Notes: a model not told the origin generated them from the sequence alone. A stretch of DNA of 63,503 nucleotides, filler included, from Octopus bimaculoides (GCF_001194135.2; 9 parts of 8 records of this genome joined end to end with filler, not necessarily neighbours in it); one strand, 5' to 3'; positions 1-11,954 are shown, counted from the first letter of the whole stretch. Translations and numbers: made by a program.

Positions 1-355
1 ATATATATATATATATATATATATAAGCATGGGAGCGTAGTCGATATGTATGTGTATGTAGACGATACATGCACATGTGCTTCACATCATGTCCCCTATT
101 CATGAGCACATACTGAATCATTTCACGGTGAATGCTCAATATGTGATGCTAAACTGTTTAAATTAATTACAGGTATGAAAACAATGGCCATGGGAAGAAA
201 TACAACGGAATGGAATGTGTGTTCGCGGTTATATACATATATACATGTGTGTGTATATGTGTGAACACACACACAAACACACACCACATACACACACACA
301 TATGTACGCCTATTCTTATATGATGTTTTATATAAGAAAAGGCGGATAAACTAAC

Positions 356-403
<48 letters not shown>

Positions 404-918
404 TCTCATTTTGATACAAGTCCAGTAATTTTGAGAGGGAAGCTATAGGGGTAACAATAGGCTTTATACTTGACTCCTACATTATTTTATCGACCCTGGA
501 GGGATAAATTGCAGAGCTGTTCTCGACAAAATTCGAAACTGAGTATCTTGTAATTAAAGTAGGTGTATGTCCAGAAATTTGAGGAAGAGAATATTCGATT
601 ATAACGTCACCAATGATTGATTAACACTTTCTTTATCGAACAAAGCTAACATTGCTTTTCGGGATAGGAGTGTTATGTTGAAATCAGAGCCTGAACGAAT
701 AACGCAAAACACTTTGTTTGATGATCTAGCGATTTGCCAAGTCCCAACACCCCCGCTTCGACATTGAAATTTCGATAACAATTAGGATTTAATTGATTGG
801 TTTCTATATATATATATAAAAAAGAACTTTCCACATGAGAAAGAGAAGAAAAGGTTAAAAAACAAAAGTAATCCCCAAGTAAAGAAAAAAAAAACAATAA
901 TATCAATAATACATAATA

Positions 919-1531
919 CAGTGTTGGTCAAAAGTCACGCACCCGAACATTTGACATTTTATTTATAATTTTAGCTATTATGATTGCTATTAAATTTTGT
1001 CTCCCATGTACAAGTATTTTATTTATTATATTAAATTTTAGAAAAATTGAAGCAGGAGTGGCTGTGTGGTAAATAGCTTGCTTACCAACCACATGATTCC
1101 GGGTTCATTCCCACTGCGTGGCACCTTGGGCAAGTGTCTTCTACTATAGCCTCGGGCCGACCAAAGCCTTGTGAGTGGATTTGGTAGACGGGAACGGAAA
1201 GAAGCCTGTCGTATATATGTATATGTATATATATATATGTGTGTGTGTGTGTGTATGTGTTTGTTTGTCTGTGTTCGTCCCCCCCAACATCGCTTGATAA
1301 CCGATGGTGGTGTGTTTACGTCCCCGTAAATTAGCGGTTCGTCATAAGAGACCGATAGAATAAGAACTAGGCATCCAAAGAATAAGTCCTGGGGTCGATT
1401 TTCTCGACTAAATGTGGTGCTCCAGCATGGCCGCAGTCAAATGACTGCAACAAGTAAAAGAGTAAAGAGTGATATCTGACTATTTCGGGGCGTATCGAAC
1501 ATATTTTGTGCGTGACTTTTGGCCCACACTG
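919..1531. mobile_element. Tc1/mariner-type MITE with a nested SINE
   Basis: TIRs CAGTGTTGGTCAAAAGTCACGCAC (919-942) and the reverse complement of 1508-1531 match at 22/24. TA flanks both sides (917-918, 1532-1533). Confidence 0.8.
1051..1470 (+). mobile_element. SINE family A (tRNA-like head, central block, internal microsatellite, 3' half), full length
   Basis: Head GGAGTGGCTGTGTGGTAA...GGTTCATTCCC and block GCCTTGTGAGTGGATTTGGTAGACGG. An internal (TA)n/(TG)n tract precedes a 3' half ending CAAGTAAAAGAG. More than 12 related copies lie in the window. Confidence 0.9.
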
Positions 1532-1629
1532 TACATGAAAAATAAAAAAGACCACAAATAATGTTGAGATGGGAGATATGTATCAAATAACTGATATCAA
1601 GCAAAAGATAAAGAGACAGTAATATATTA

Positions 1630-1835
1630 GATTCGAATTTTGGCACAAGGCCAGCAATTTCAGGGGACCGGTTAAATTGATTACATCGAACCCAGTGCTC
1701 AGGTGGTGTATTATTTTATCGATCCCGAAGCGGAAAGTCAAATTCTGCGAAATTTGAACGCAGTATGTACTGACACACTGAATGCCGCTAAGCACTTTTA
1801 GCCCGACGCGCTAAAGATTTCGCCAGCTTGCTGCC
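1630..1835 (-). mobile_element. SINE family B, diverged
   Basis: Colinear with the near-consensus copy at 31603-31833. Confidence 0.75.
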
Positions 1836-2189
1836 TGAGTATACAGTAACCTATTGATAAACAATCGTTATTAGTCACAGTATAACACCACCGCCCTAAC
1901 TTTCATCACCATCACCACCACCACCACCGCCAAAACAGCAACAGTAATAATCATTTATAATACAGGCACAAACAGGCGATTTTACGGGGAGCAAGGTAAA
2001 TCGATTATATCGATCGCAGTGTTCAACTGGTATTCGTTTTATCGACCAGGGAAAGAGGAATGGCGAAATTTGAACTCAGAAAGCAAAAGAAGTTGAACAA
2101 ATGCCTGTTTGTTTTTTTATGTAGGCTCAAGCTCAGCAATTTTGAGGGGTGTTGTTTACGCGACTCTATCGAGTTCAGTATTTGTCTGT

Positions 2190-2410
2190 TGTTTTATATA
2201 TGTTTCTTTATTGACGACAAGGAACTAGACATAGGGGTGACAAACAAGGACAGACAGAGGGATTAAGTCGATTACCACGATCCCAGTGCGTAATTGGTAC
2301 TTATTTAATCGACGCCCAAAAGCATGAAATTCAAAGTCGACCTCGATGGAATTTGAACTCAGAACGTAACGGCAGACGATACACCGCTAAGCAATTCTAC
2401 CGGCGTGCTG
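2190..2410 (-). mobile_element. SINE family B
   Basis: GACAAACAAGGACAGACA...AAGTCGACCTCGATGGAATTTGAACTCAGAACG matches the family B copies. Confidence 0.85.
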
Positions 2411-2629
2411 TTATTTTATATTGTTGACATTGGTGGGTGTGGCAATTGGAGTATGAAAGTAAACAGACTGAACACAAACCATAAAACAATTTCACGAGGC
2501 ATGAATAATTCTGCCAACGCTCGATTTTAAGTAGTAGTAGTAATAATAATAATAATAATAATAATGATGATGATGATGATGATGATGATGATAATAATAA
2601 TAATAATAATAATGATAATAATAAATCCT

Positions 2630-2815
2630 TTCTACTAAAGACACAAGGCCTGAAATTTGATGGGGGGAGGGCTAGTCGTTTACATAGATCTCAGTGTTTT
2701 ACTGGTAATTCATTTATCGATTCCAAAAATGATGAAAGGCAAAGTCGAACGTGGAGACAAGCGAAATGCCGCTAGGTATTTTCCCTGGCGTGCTAACGAT
2801 TCAGCCGGCTCCCCC
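2630..2815 (-). mobile_element. SINE family B
   Basis: CACAAGGCCTGAAATTT...GAAAGGCAAAGTCGA...GGCGTGCTAACGATTC matches the family B copies. Confidence 0.75.
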
Positions 2816-2816
2816 A

Positions 2817-2845
2817 TTAACAACAACAACAACAACAACAACGAC

Positions 2846-2883
<38 letters not shown>

Positions 2884-2894
2884 TGATGATGATG

Positions 2895-2952
<58 letters not shown>
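2817..2952. repeat. Compound (AAC)n/(AAT)n/(GAT)n microsatellite
   Basis: Directly visible; it explains the poly-N/poly-I ORFs. Confidence 0.95.
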
Positions 2953-2954
<2 letters not shown>

Positions 2955-3603
2955 TATACACAAACATATATATATGCACATATATATAAGTATGTATATA
3001 TGTATGCATGCACGCATGCATGCGTGAGCGCGTATATGTATGTATATATGTGTGTATATATACGTGTATATATATATGTGTGTGTGTGTGTGTGTATGNN
3101 NNNNNNNNNNNNNNNNNNNNNNNNNNNNNNNNNNNNNNNNNNNNNNNNNNNNNNNNNNNNNNNNNNNNNNNNNNNNNNNNNNNNNNNNNNNNNNNNNNNN
3201 NNNNNNNNNNNNNNNNNNNNNNNNNNNNNNNNNNNNNNNNNNNNNNNNNNNNNNNNNNNNNNNNNNNNNNNNNNNNNNNNNNNNNNNNNNNNNNNNNNNN
3301 NNNNNNNNNNNNNNNNNNNNNNNNNNNNNNNNNNNNNNNNNNNNNNNNNNNNNNNNNNNNNNNNNNNNNNNNNNNNNNNNNNNNNNNNNNNNNNNNNNNN
3401 NNNNNNNNNNNNNNNNNNNNNNNNNNNNNNNNNNNNNNNNNNNNNNNNNNNNNNNNNNNNNNNNNNNNNNNNNNNNNNNNNNNNNNNNNNNNNNNNNNNN
3501 NNNNNNNNNNNNNNNNNNNNNNNNNNNNNNNNNNNNNNNNNNNNNNNNNNNNNNNNNNNNNNNNNNNNNNNNNNNNNNNNNNNNNNNNNNNNNNNNNNNN
3601 NNN

Positions 3604-3645
<42 letters not shown>

Positions 3646-3939
3646 TAGATAGATAGATAGATATACATGCATACATACATATAGTGTTATTTATTGAAAT
3701 ATAAGTGCGTCTGTATGTTAAATGATCTTCGTGTATACATTATATTACGGTGGGTGTATATTATATGAATATAAATACATACCCATGTAAAGTGTATGCG
3801 TGTATGGAGTGCAGAGAAGTTTTGTTGTTGACAGAAAAAGACGAAAAAGATCAATACACACCATGAGCATTACGCGAGAACCCTTCTTTCACTCACATGG
3901 TAAATAACAAGCGCGTAAGAATATACGTATGCATCTACA

Positions 3940-4010
<71 letters not shown>

Positions 4011-4314
4011 GTATAAATGTGTGAATGTATTATATGTTTTCGTATGTATTTTATATACTTTAAACTATGTTAAAAATTAATTGTCACAAGAGTCTATCTG
4101 AATCTATGTGTTGGAAGTAACCACGTGTATGAGATGGTTGCTGTGAAGCAGCCGCATAACTTCTAATGTTATTTTCTGTTGCGGCAAGGTTATCACAGGA
4201 ACACAATAGTTGGGTATTTCTTATTAAGTGTTTTATATATTTTCTTCACATCTTTCCTCACATTTATTATCATTATTATTATTATATATTTGTTCACATG
4301 CATAAGTATATATG

Positions 4315-4345
<31 letters not shown>

Positions 4346-4758
4346 CTATGTGTGTGTATTTTTGTAATATTTGAAAACATTTTTTTCGCTTCTGTTTCAT
4401 GTTGATGCATTAAACGTAAATAAATCCTGGCGGAAGTAACAAGTGAGAGAAGCAATGTAAATAGTCCTCGAACTATTTACAGCAGATTGCAAACATTCCA
4501 CACGCCTGCCGGTTGGTTGGATGGTTGAAATCCGATAACTTTACACATACACACCCACACGTACAAGTACGCTCGAATACACACACACACAGACACACAC
4601 AGACACACAGAGACACATACAGAAACACACACACACACACACAGATAAAAGCACGCACATATACACACATACGCTTCACACATAGTTTAGTATTGTGTAG
4701 TGATTTTCCCCTTCAGATGTTGCCTGTATAACGTGGAAAAGTATATTTGCTTGTATAT

Positions 4759-4789
<31 letters not shown>

Positions 4790-5460
4790 NNNNNNNNNNN
4801 NNNNNNNNNNNNNNNNNNNNNNNNNNNNNNNNNNNNNNNNNNNNNNNNNNNNNNNNNNNNNNNNNNNNNNNNNNNNNNNNNNNNNNNNNNNNNNNNNNNN
4901 NNNNNNNNNNNNNNNNNNNNNNNNNNNNNNNNNNNNNNNNNNNNNNNNNNNNNNNNNNNNNNNNNNNNNNNNNNNNNNNNNNNNNNNNNNNNNNNNNNNN
5001 NNNNNNNNNNNNNNNNNNNNNNNNNNNNNNNNNNNNNNNNNNNNNNNNNNNNNNNNNNNNNNNNNNNNNNNNNNNNNNNNNNNNNNNNNNNNNNNNNNNN
5101 NNNNNNNNNNNNNNNNNNNNNNNNNNNNNNNNNNNNNNNNNNNNNNNNNNNNNNNNNNNNNNNNNNNNNNNNNNNNNNNNNNNNNNNNNNNNNNNNNNNN
5201 NNNNNNNNNNNNNNNNNNNNNNNNNNNNNNNNNNNNNNNNNNNNNNNNNNNNNNNNNNNNNNNNNNNNNNNNNNNNNNNNNNNNNNNNNNNNNNNNNNNN
5301 NNNNNNNNNNNNNNNNNNNNNNNNNNNNNNNNNNNNNNNNNNNNNNNNNNNNNNNNNNNNNNNNNNNNNNNNNNNNNNNNNNNNNNNNNNNNNNNNNNNN
5401 NNNNNNNNNNNNNNNNNNNNNNNNNNNNNNNNNNNNNNNNNNNNNNNNNNNNNNNNNNNN

Positions 5461-5491
<31 letters not shown>

Positions 5492-6022
5492 GTGGCAGGA
5501 AGAATGAATATGTCTTGGGCGTGGGAGATGTGCTTATATTTCAAAAGGGATTGTCTAAAGATTCCAGAATGTAAGAGTTCCCGTATAAATCTGGAGAATC
5601 CTACCATATTACTCATGGCGGTCTCAGGAACAACCAACAACAACAACAACACCAACAAAACAACAACCTGAAAAACAACTCGTAACAAAACACTAATAGT
5701 ATTTCCCTGGGACAAAGGAAAGCAGAAGGAAAATAGTCGAAAATTGTTGGCGCTGTCGCTCCACCTGTAAATAGATACAATGATGTGGTGGACTTTATTT
5801 TTCTGTTAGTTGATTTGATGGCCACTACATTGGAAGTCGAAACTGGCAGCCTGCACTTATTATCTAAACAGTGAAAGATAGTGTTTCTTCGATCCGTTTC
5901 GGGAACAATGAACCAATTAGTCAACATAAACACTGAGGCTCACATACTCCTTCAGATATACGCCAGTTTCAAACGCATTTATACATATGCATATATACAT
6001 AAATACACACACATATACACGA

Positions 6023-6065
<43 letters not shown>

Positions 6066-6684
6066 AACACGTATATATATATATACACATATATACTTAC
6101 ATATAAGTGGCCAGTATCTTTCTCTCTTGTCCTCTCTTTGTATCTATCAGTATATATATATATACTGTGAATTCTCCCCCCCTATANNNNNNNNNNNNNN
6201 NNNNNNNNNNNNNNNNNNNNNNNNNNNNNNNNNNNNNNNNNNNNNNNNNNNNNNNNNNNNNNNNNNNNNNNNNNNNNNNNNNNNNNNNNNNNNNNNNNNN
6301 NNNNNNNNNNNNNNNNNNNNNNNNNNNNNNNNNNNNNNNNNNNNNNNNNNNNNNNNNNNNNNNNNNNNNNNNNNNNNNNNNNNNNNNNNNNNNNNNNNNN
6401 NNNNNNNNNNNNNNNNNNNNNNNNNNNNNNNNNNNNNNNNNNNNNNNNNNNNNNNNNNNNNNNNNNNNNNNNNNNNNNNNNNNNNNNNNNNNNNNNNNNN
6501 NNNNNNNNNNNNNNNNNNNNNNNNNNNNNNNNNNNNNNNNNNNNNNNNNNNNNNNNNNNNNNNNNNNNNNNNNNNNNNNNNNNNNNNNNNNNNNNNNNNN
6601 NNNNNNNNNNNNNNNNNNNNNNNNNNNNNNNNNNNNNNNNNNNNNNNNNNNNNNNNNNNNNNNNNNNNNNNNNNNNNNNNNNNN

Positions 6685-6719
<35 letters not shown>

Positions 6720-6846
6720 CTCCTTTATGAATAGCGTATAAAACGTTCAATTTCAGTAAAGTTCAAGAGATGATTGATTTCACATTTGATATGTAAAAAC
6801 CTATTACAGGAGAGGCGGGTAGTTATCGACTAACTTTTTTTCCTTG

Positions 6847-6879
<33 letters not shown>

Positions 6880-7652
6880 CTACACCCACACAGTCACATC
6901 CACACACACGCCCACATGTCCACTCACACGCATAACCCATGCATGTGTGTACCTGTGTTTGTTTGTAGGCATTGGCATCTTCTGTCGAAAGAACCTATAC
7001 ATAAACTAAAATTTGTTTGATCGAATTATCTCCTGGATCATCGAATCACCACTTGAGATGCCTGAGTATTCCGCAGATATGTGTATTATTAACTCAATTC
7101 TCAAATAGAATAAATGTTATGCGATATGTGAAGAAAACACTAGATTTTTGAACAAGTGTCAAAATCTATTAACTGTGCTTGTCTCCATTGATGACATTTT
7201 AACGGTTTTAGTGCCCTTCAGCTATCGCAAAAATTGTCATGGAATTTTGTTTGATCAGTGTTTGATCTATGCTGAGATCGTTCTCAATTCTTATTTTCCT
7301 TCTTTGGTATAAGTTATACAGTTGATGGAGGAATGGGTTTGGAGTCGAACAAAAGTATGCCGAAACATTCCGTTAAGTCCCTTTGATGAACGCTGTAAGC
7401 AGGTGTCAGAACTGAGCACAATGTAATCGTTTATATAATTGATTCTCAACCATATTTTTATCTCTGGACCCTTTGGTCAGCATTCTGTTCTGGTGGAACC
7501 CCCATAGCCATTCCATGTTTAAAAACTAGTGTTATATAGTAATAGCCAAAATTTGGGACATGTTTTGAAAATTAAAATTGTTATGCCCAAGTATAATTCG
7601 ATTTATATATATATATATTGATTTTCTGTTTACCCCTATTTATCTTGACCAT

Positions 7653-7713
7653 ATTATACTGACGAGTAGAGGTTGTATAATACTACAATAACTACGAAAT
7701 CATGATCTATAAT
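7653..7713 (+). ncRNA. Type I hammerhead ribozyme with palindromic stem III (Penelope/retrozyme type)
   Basis: ATTATA-CTGACGA-GTAG...CTAC-GAAA-TCATGA-TC-TATAAT. All core nucleotides are present, stem I has 6 bp, stem II closes with G10.1-C11.1, and the cleavage triplet is AUC (cut after 7707). Confidence 0.85.
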
Positions 7714-7870
7714 TCAGTCTGTTTTTAAGGGGCTGGCTTTGAGAGTTGCATTTCCTCGCGTTCGGTAAAAATGTGTTTTTTATGGTAGTCTGACCTTAGA
7801 GTCCCTCATAGCGTGAGGCATTATTATATAGTAATGCCCTTATATAAATAATATATATATAACGTAGAGA

Positions 7871-7946
7871 TATACTTACTTAATAACTGATCCGATGTTT
7901 CAATTAGAAGATATTGAACCATTGGATCTGTTATTAGGTAAATATA
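7871..7946. ncRNA. 76-nt pre-miRNA-like hairpin (function unproven)
   Basis: 31 pairs (2 G-U), 3 symmetric 1x1 mismatches, no bulges and an 8-nt loop (TAGAAGAT). Confidence 0.4.
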
Positions 7947-8654
7947 TCACTACGTTATATATATATCTAAATCGAATTGTACTTGGGCATAACGATATTA
8001 ATTTTTAAAAAAAGTCTCAAATTTTTGACAACGCCTATTTTATTATTCACACATTAACGTTTGTAGTTGAACTATACAAACATTGGAGAAAAAAATTTAG
8101 TTGTTTCTTGCAATAAATACATGGATTCTTGATATACTACTCTGGGTCCCAATTTACTATTTTGCTTGCGTGAACCCCCCTCAGAATTTGATATGGACCT
8201 TGGCTGAAAACCACTGGTATATATAGCTTGAAAATGATGCTCCATCAAAACTATAATCAATCAACTAAATCTAAAATGGGATTGAGAAAGAATACTCTAA
8301 ACAAAGATATGGACCTGCATTCGTTATCTTTTCAAAGATCTCCACTGTTGAATAGATCGATGCAGCAGCTGTCTAGTTGGAACATTTGAATACAAATTTC
8401 TGCAGACACAGACATGGTCAGGACGGGAGTTCAAGATTTTATACTAGTGTCTGCATTAAGGCGAATTCTGCGAATGCTACCTGATGACCTTGACCGGTGG
8501 TTTTATAATGGGTCGAGTTTTAGATCACTCATGGTAACCAGCAAGGCTAGTAATAACTCGGATGTATTTTTTAAAGATAAAGTACTTACTAATCACAACA
8601 TAACGACCAATTAAATATAATATTCTGAATACCAAGTTTCTTACTTAAACTCCG

Positions 8655-8880
8655 TAACCCTTAAGATTCCATATTACTCTGTCAAAAGTAATGATTGTTT
8701 ATTTATAATGTTTTAAATTAAACATGCCTTACCCTGTTGTTCGAGATTTCGATGACGTCATTGTATAATTCTAGAACGACGTTTTGGTGTATGTGTGAAA
8801 GATCAGATTTGGCTAGTCTGGACATAAATCAAGCAGAATATTTCGGCCGGACACGGCCAGTTTAAATTCTAAAAGGTCAA
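8655..8880. mobile_element. piggyBac-like MITE (degenerate TTAA-CCC ends)
   Basis: Starts TAACCCTTAAGATT and ends GGCCAGTTTAAATTCTAAAAGGTCAA. A cleaner copy of the same end, TTAACCCACTAGCATTTAAACTGGCC, lies at about 53850. Confidence 0.5.
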
Positions 8881-9034
8881 AACACAAAGGATTAGGAGAC
8901 TTTAGCATTTTATGATCCTTTAGCATATTATTCAAGATGGTATTTGGAATTTGAAGGAGGATAGTAGCTATTTTTAGCATATCGAATGACCAGGATAATG
9001 TTCAAGAGAATTTTTAGACTTGTTTAAATTATAC

Positions 9035-9095
<61 letters not shown>

Positions 9096-9369
9096 NNNNN
9101 NNNNNNNNGGGGGGGGGGAGGGTTGGAATAAAAGCTCTAGCAGTATCGTAGTGTGATGTAAACGTGTCTGGATTGTGTAGAAAATATACTATTGTTAGAA
9201 TGGTGTGGTAGATCTGTTCTGGACTGTTGGAGATTCGTCTGGTTTGAGTGGGAGAGATAGGTTTGGGAAGATGTTGATTAAATATTTTTGGCTATTGTGT
9301 GTCTAGACTGTGTAGGAGAGATTATGTGTATGTATGTATGTATGTATGTATGTATGTATGTATGTATTC

Positions 9370-9960
9370 CGTTTTATATCGTGATTTCTTTCCAATAGAG
9401 AAAGAGCCGGTTTCTAACCTAGATCCAAGGTTCCTTCATTGGAATTTCAACGTCAACAACAGGATATTTGTTTGCATGTTTGTCTGCAGATTTGTATGTG
9501 TTGTTTTATGTATGTATTCTCATGCATATAGTTGCATATATAGACATGCATATATATATTTAAATAACAAACCTCTGGAAAGCTGCATAGATTTTTACTG
9601 TTCTAGTGAGGTACTGGATCTGTAATATTCGAATTAGCTTTCTCCTTTCTGGTTTTGAAAAGCCTAATTTCTCAAGATTGGTATTGAGGCAGTGTTTTAC
9701 ATATCCCAGGGTCCCAATAATTACAGGTATAAATCTGAATTTGTAATGTGGATAGTGTATCTTCAAATTTCTCAATAGTTCAGCGTAGATCTTCTCTTTT
9801 TCACTGATCTTTAGCTTTATGTCAACATCCGTTCGGCAGCTAATTTCCACAACTGCACCCGGTTTCTCTTCTGTATCCTAAATCATTATATCGGGTCTGT
9901 TTTGCTTACATTTTATTGAAGTTTTCGCTGGGTCATTTCACCAGTACTCCTTTTTATCAT
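9370..9960 (-). mobile_element. 3' fragment of an RLE-type non-LTR retrotransposon (R4/Dong/NeSL-like)
   Basis: Translates as EYW*N...KCKQNRPDIMI*DTEEK..VVEISC..D....EKEKIY....FIPVIIGTLGYV. This is a PD-(D/E)xK restriction-like endonuclease C-terminus with stops, followed by a likely 3' UTR. Confidence 0.9.
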
Positions 9961-10229
9961 GAGTGGCTATGGCTTCTACCACACTGTGGGTTCTTATTCC
10001 TTTGTCCTCGGGGTTATCCTTCCGATGGATTTCATTTATGTATGTGTGTGTATGTATGTATATATATATATATATATATATATNNNNNNNNNNNNNNNNT
10101 ATATAATTAAAAAAATAGGGTAAAAAATCATATATTAATTAATATCGATTAATTACCAGGAAGCTAGCACATTTAAAGAATCAAAGAGATTCAGAAACAG
10201 TATCTGCAATCTCAGGGGATTAAAGTACA

Positions 10230-10360
10230 TTTTTATATATGACGTTGACCACTAACGTGGACATTCAATGTGCTAGAAATAGATCACATCTTGTGTCTAA
10301 TAAGACCTAGGTCTTATTAGACACAAGAGGTTTGTTAGTGGTCAACGTCATATATAAAAA
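10230..10360. repeat. Nested foldback: perfect 40-bp palindrome inside perfect 27-bp inverted repeats
   Basis: Palindrome at 10289-10328, TCTTGTGTCTAATAAGACCT|AGGTCTTATTAGACACAAGA. Outer arms at 10230-10256 and 10334-10360. Confidence 0.95.
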
Positions 10361-11244
10361 AAAATATATATATGTATGTGTGCGCGTATATGAGTGTGCA
10401 TGTATGTATATATATATGCATATTTGTGCATGCTTGTATATGTGTATATATTTGAGCATATACGGGCATACATATGTATGTCAGCGATTGCTTGGTCAAT
10501 TACGTTAGGTAAATATTTCTCTCGGATTCCACAAGATCTGGACATTCAAATGCTATGAACGCTGAGCTACTTAAAACCATATTTGAGGATAATCTCAAGC
10601 AAACCGCACAATTGTTAGCAAAATTCTTCAATTGAAATCACTCTTCGATCATAAAACATTTTTCTGAACAATATAAAGTGCCTTATCTTGGTCTGCAGAT
10701 CTTTCATCATTTGATTGGTTGTCAGCTCAATCAAAGGGTCGTCCTCGACGCTGAAGAGTATATTGTTATAGCACCTTTCCCGGGTTAAATAATCAAAATG
10801 TATGAAGTATGGGTTCCTTATGATCACGCCCAACAAAAACGACAATGGTTAGCATCCAATAAAAAAATAAGAATCCGCCCTCAAATCGAGACTCAACCCG
10901 AAAAAACGCAAAGCTCTGCGATTGGTGGAAAATGAAGTGTGTCGCCAATCAAAACGCCATTAACCAAAACAGGGAAGTTAATGCAGAAGACTAATCTCAT
11001 CGACTGGCAATATTGCACGTAAAATTTGCGGAGAAAGAGCCCACCTTAGTTTAACTTTAAAAGAGTGTTGCCTTTACACAATAATGCAAAACAACATATT
11101 GCCTAAGTTACTCGGAATAAGATTAGGGCACTAAATAAAGGGAGTTTGGCATCATTCATCGTATTCTCCTGACTTTACTTTGTCTACCACTTTTTCAGAT
11201 CATTGCAACAGTGTTTAGAGGGAAAACCGTTTATTAAATGCAAA

Positions 11245-11650
11245 GATATGGCTGTATGGTAAGAAGCTTGCTTCTCAACCACATGGTTCCGGGTTCAATC
11301 CTACACTGTGGCTCCTTCGGCAAGTGTCTACTAGAATAGCCTCAAGCCAACCAAAGCCTTGTAAGTGGATTTGGTAGACGGAACCAGGAAGAAATGTCGT
11401 ATGTATATATATATATGTGATGTGTTTGTGTGTGTGTGCATATGTGTGTGAATGTGTGTTTGCCCTCCCATTACCGTTTGACAACCGGTGTTGGTGTGTT
11501 TACTTCCCTGTAACTTAGCGGTTCAGCAAAAATCACAGGTAGAATAAATACTAGGCTTAAACAATATATCCTGGAGTCAAGTTAGTCAACTAAAACTCTT
11601 CAAGGCGGTGCTCCAGAATGACCGCAGTCAAAACGACTGAAACAGGTAAG
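11245..11650 (+). mobile_element. SINE family A, full length
   Basis: Colinear with 1051-1470. Confidence 0.85.
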
Positions 11651-11838
11651 AGAATAAGAGAATAAAAGAATAAAAGAATAAAAGAATAAAAGAATAAAAG
11701 AATAAGAGAATAAAAGAATAAAAGAATAAAAGAATAAAAGAATAAGAGAATAAGAGAATAAAAGAATAAAATAATAAAAGAATAAGAGAATAAAAGAATA
11801 AAAGAATAAAAGAATAAGAAAATAAAAGAATAAAAGAA
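11645..11838 (+). repeat. (AAAAGAAT)n-type 8-bp array expanded from the SINE A tail
   Basis: Begins immediately after GACTGAAACAGGTAAGAG, the SINE 3' end. Confidence 0.9.
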
Positions 11839-11954
11839 TGTTGAAAATTTTGTGACTTTTTGTTTGCCTCGGAATCTGAAGAACTTTACGCATGGGGATT
11901 CAATAGTTTGCCACATAGATGTGATTATATTATCCTCAACGAGTAGAAATATTG

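Larger units (their letters stand above)
7545..8029. repeat. ~73-bp imperfect inverted repeats (7545-7617 / 7956-8029) flanking a ~340-bp structured core
   Basis: Left arm contains GTTATGCCCAAGTATAATTCGATTTA and the right-arm reverse complement GTTATGCCCAAGTACAATTCGATTTA. About 9 mismatches and 1 gap over 74 nt by manual alignment. Confidence 0.85.

Noticed and set aside
2657-6750. Long ORFs here and throughout the track (Y/I, V/C, H/T, R/E runs and X runs)
   Set aside because: They are translations of microsatellites and N gaps, not genes.
7470-7530. Minus-strand HGMAMGVP, resembling the RT G.AMG.P motif, and NLYSNVP near 8390
   Set aside because: The motifs are isolated, in the wrong order for one element, and opposite to the hammerhead strand.
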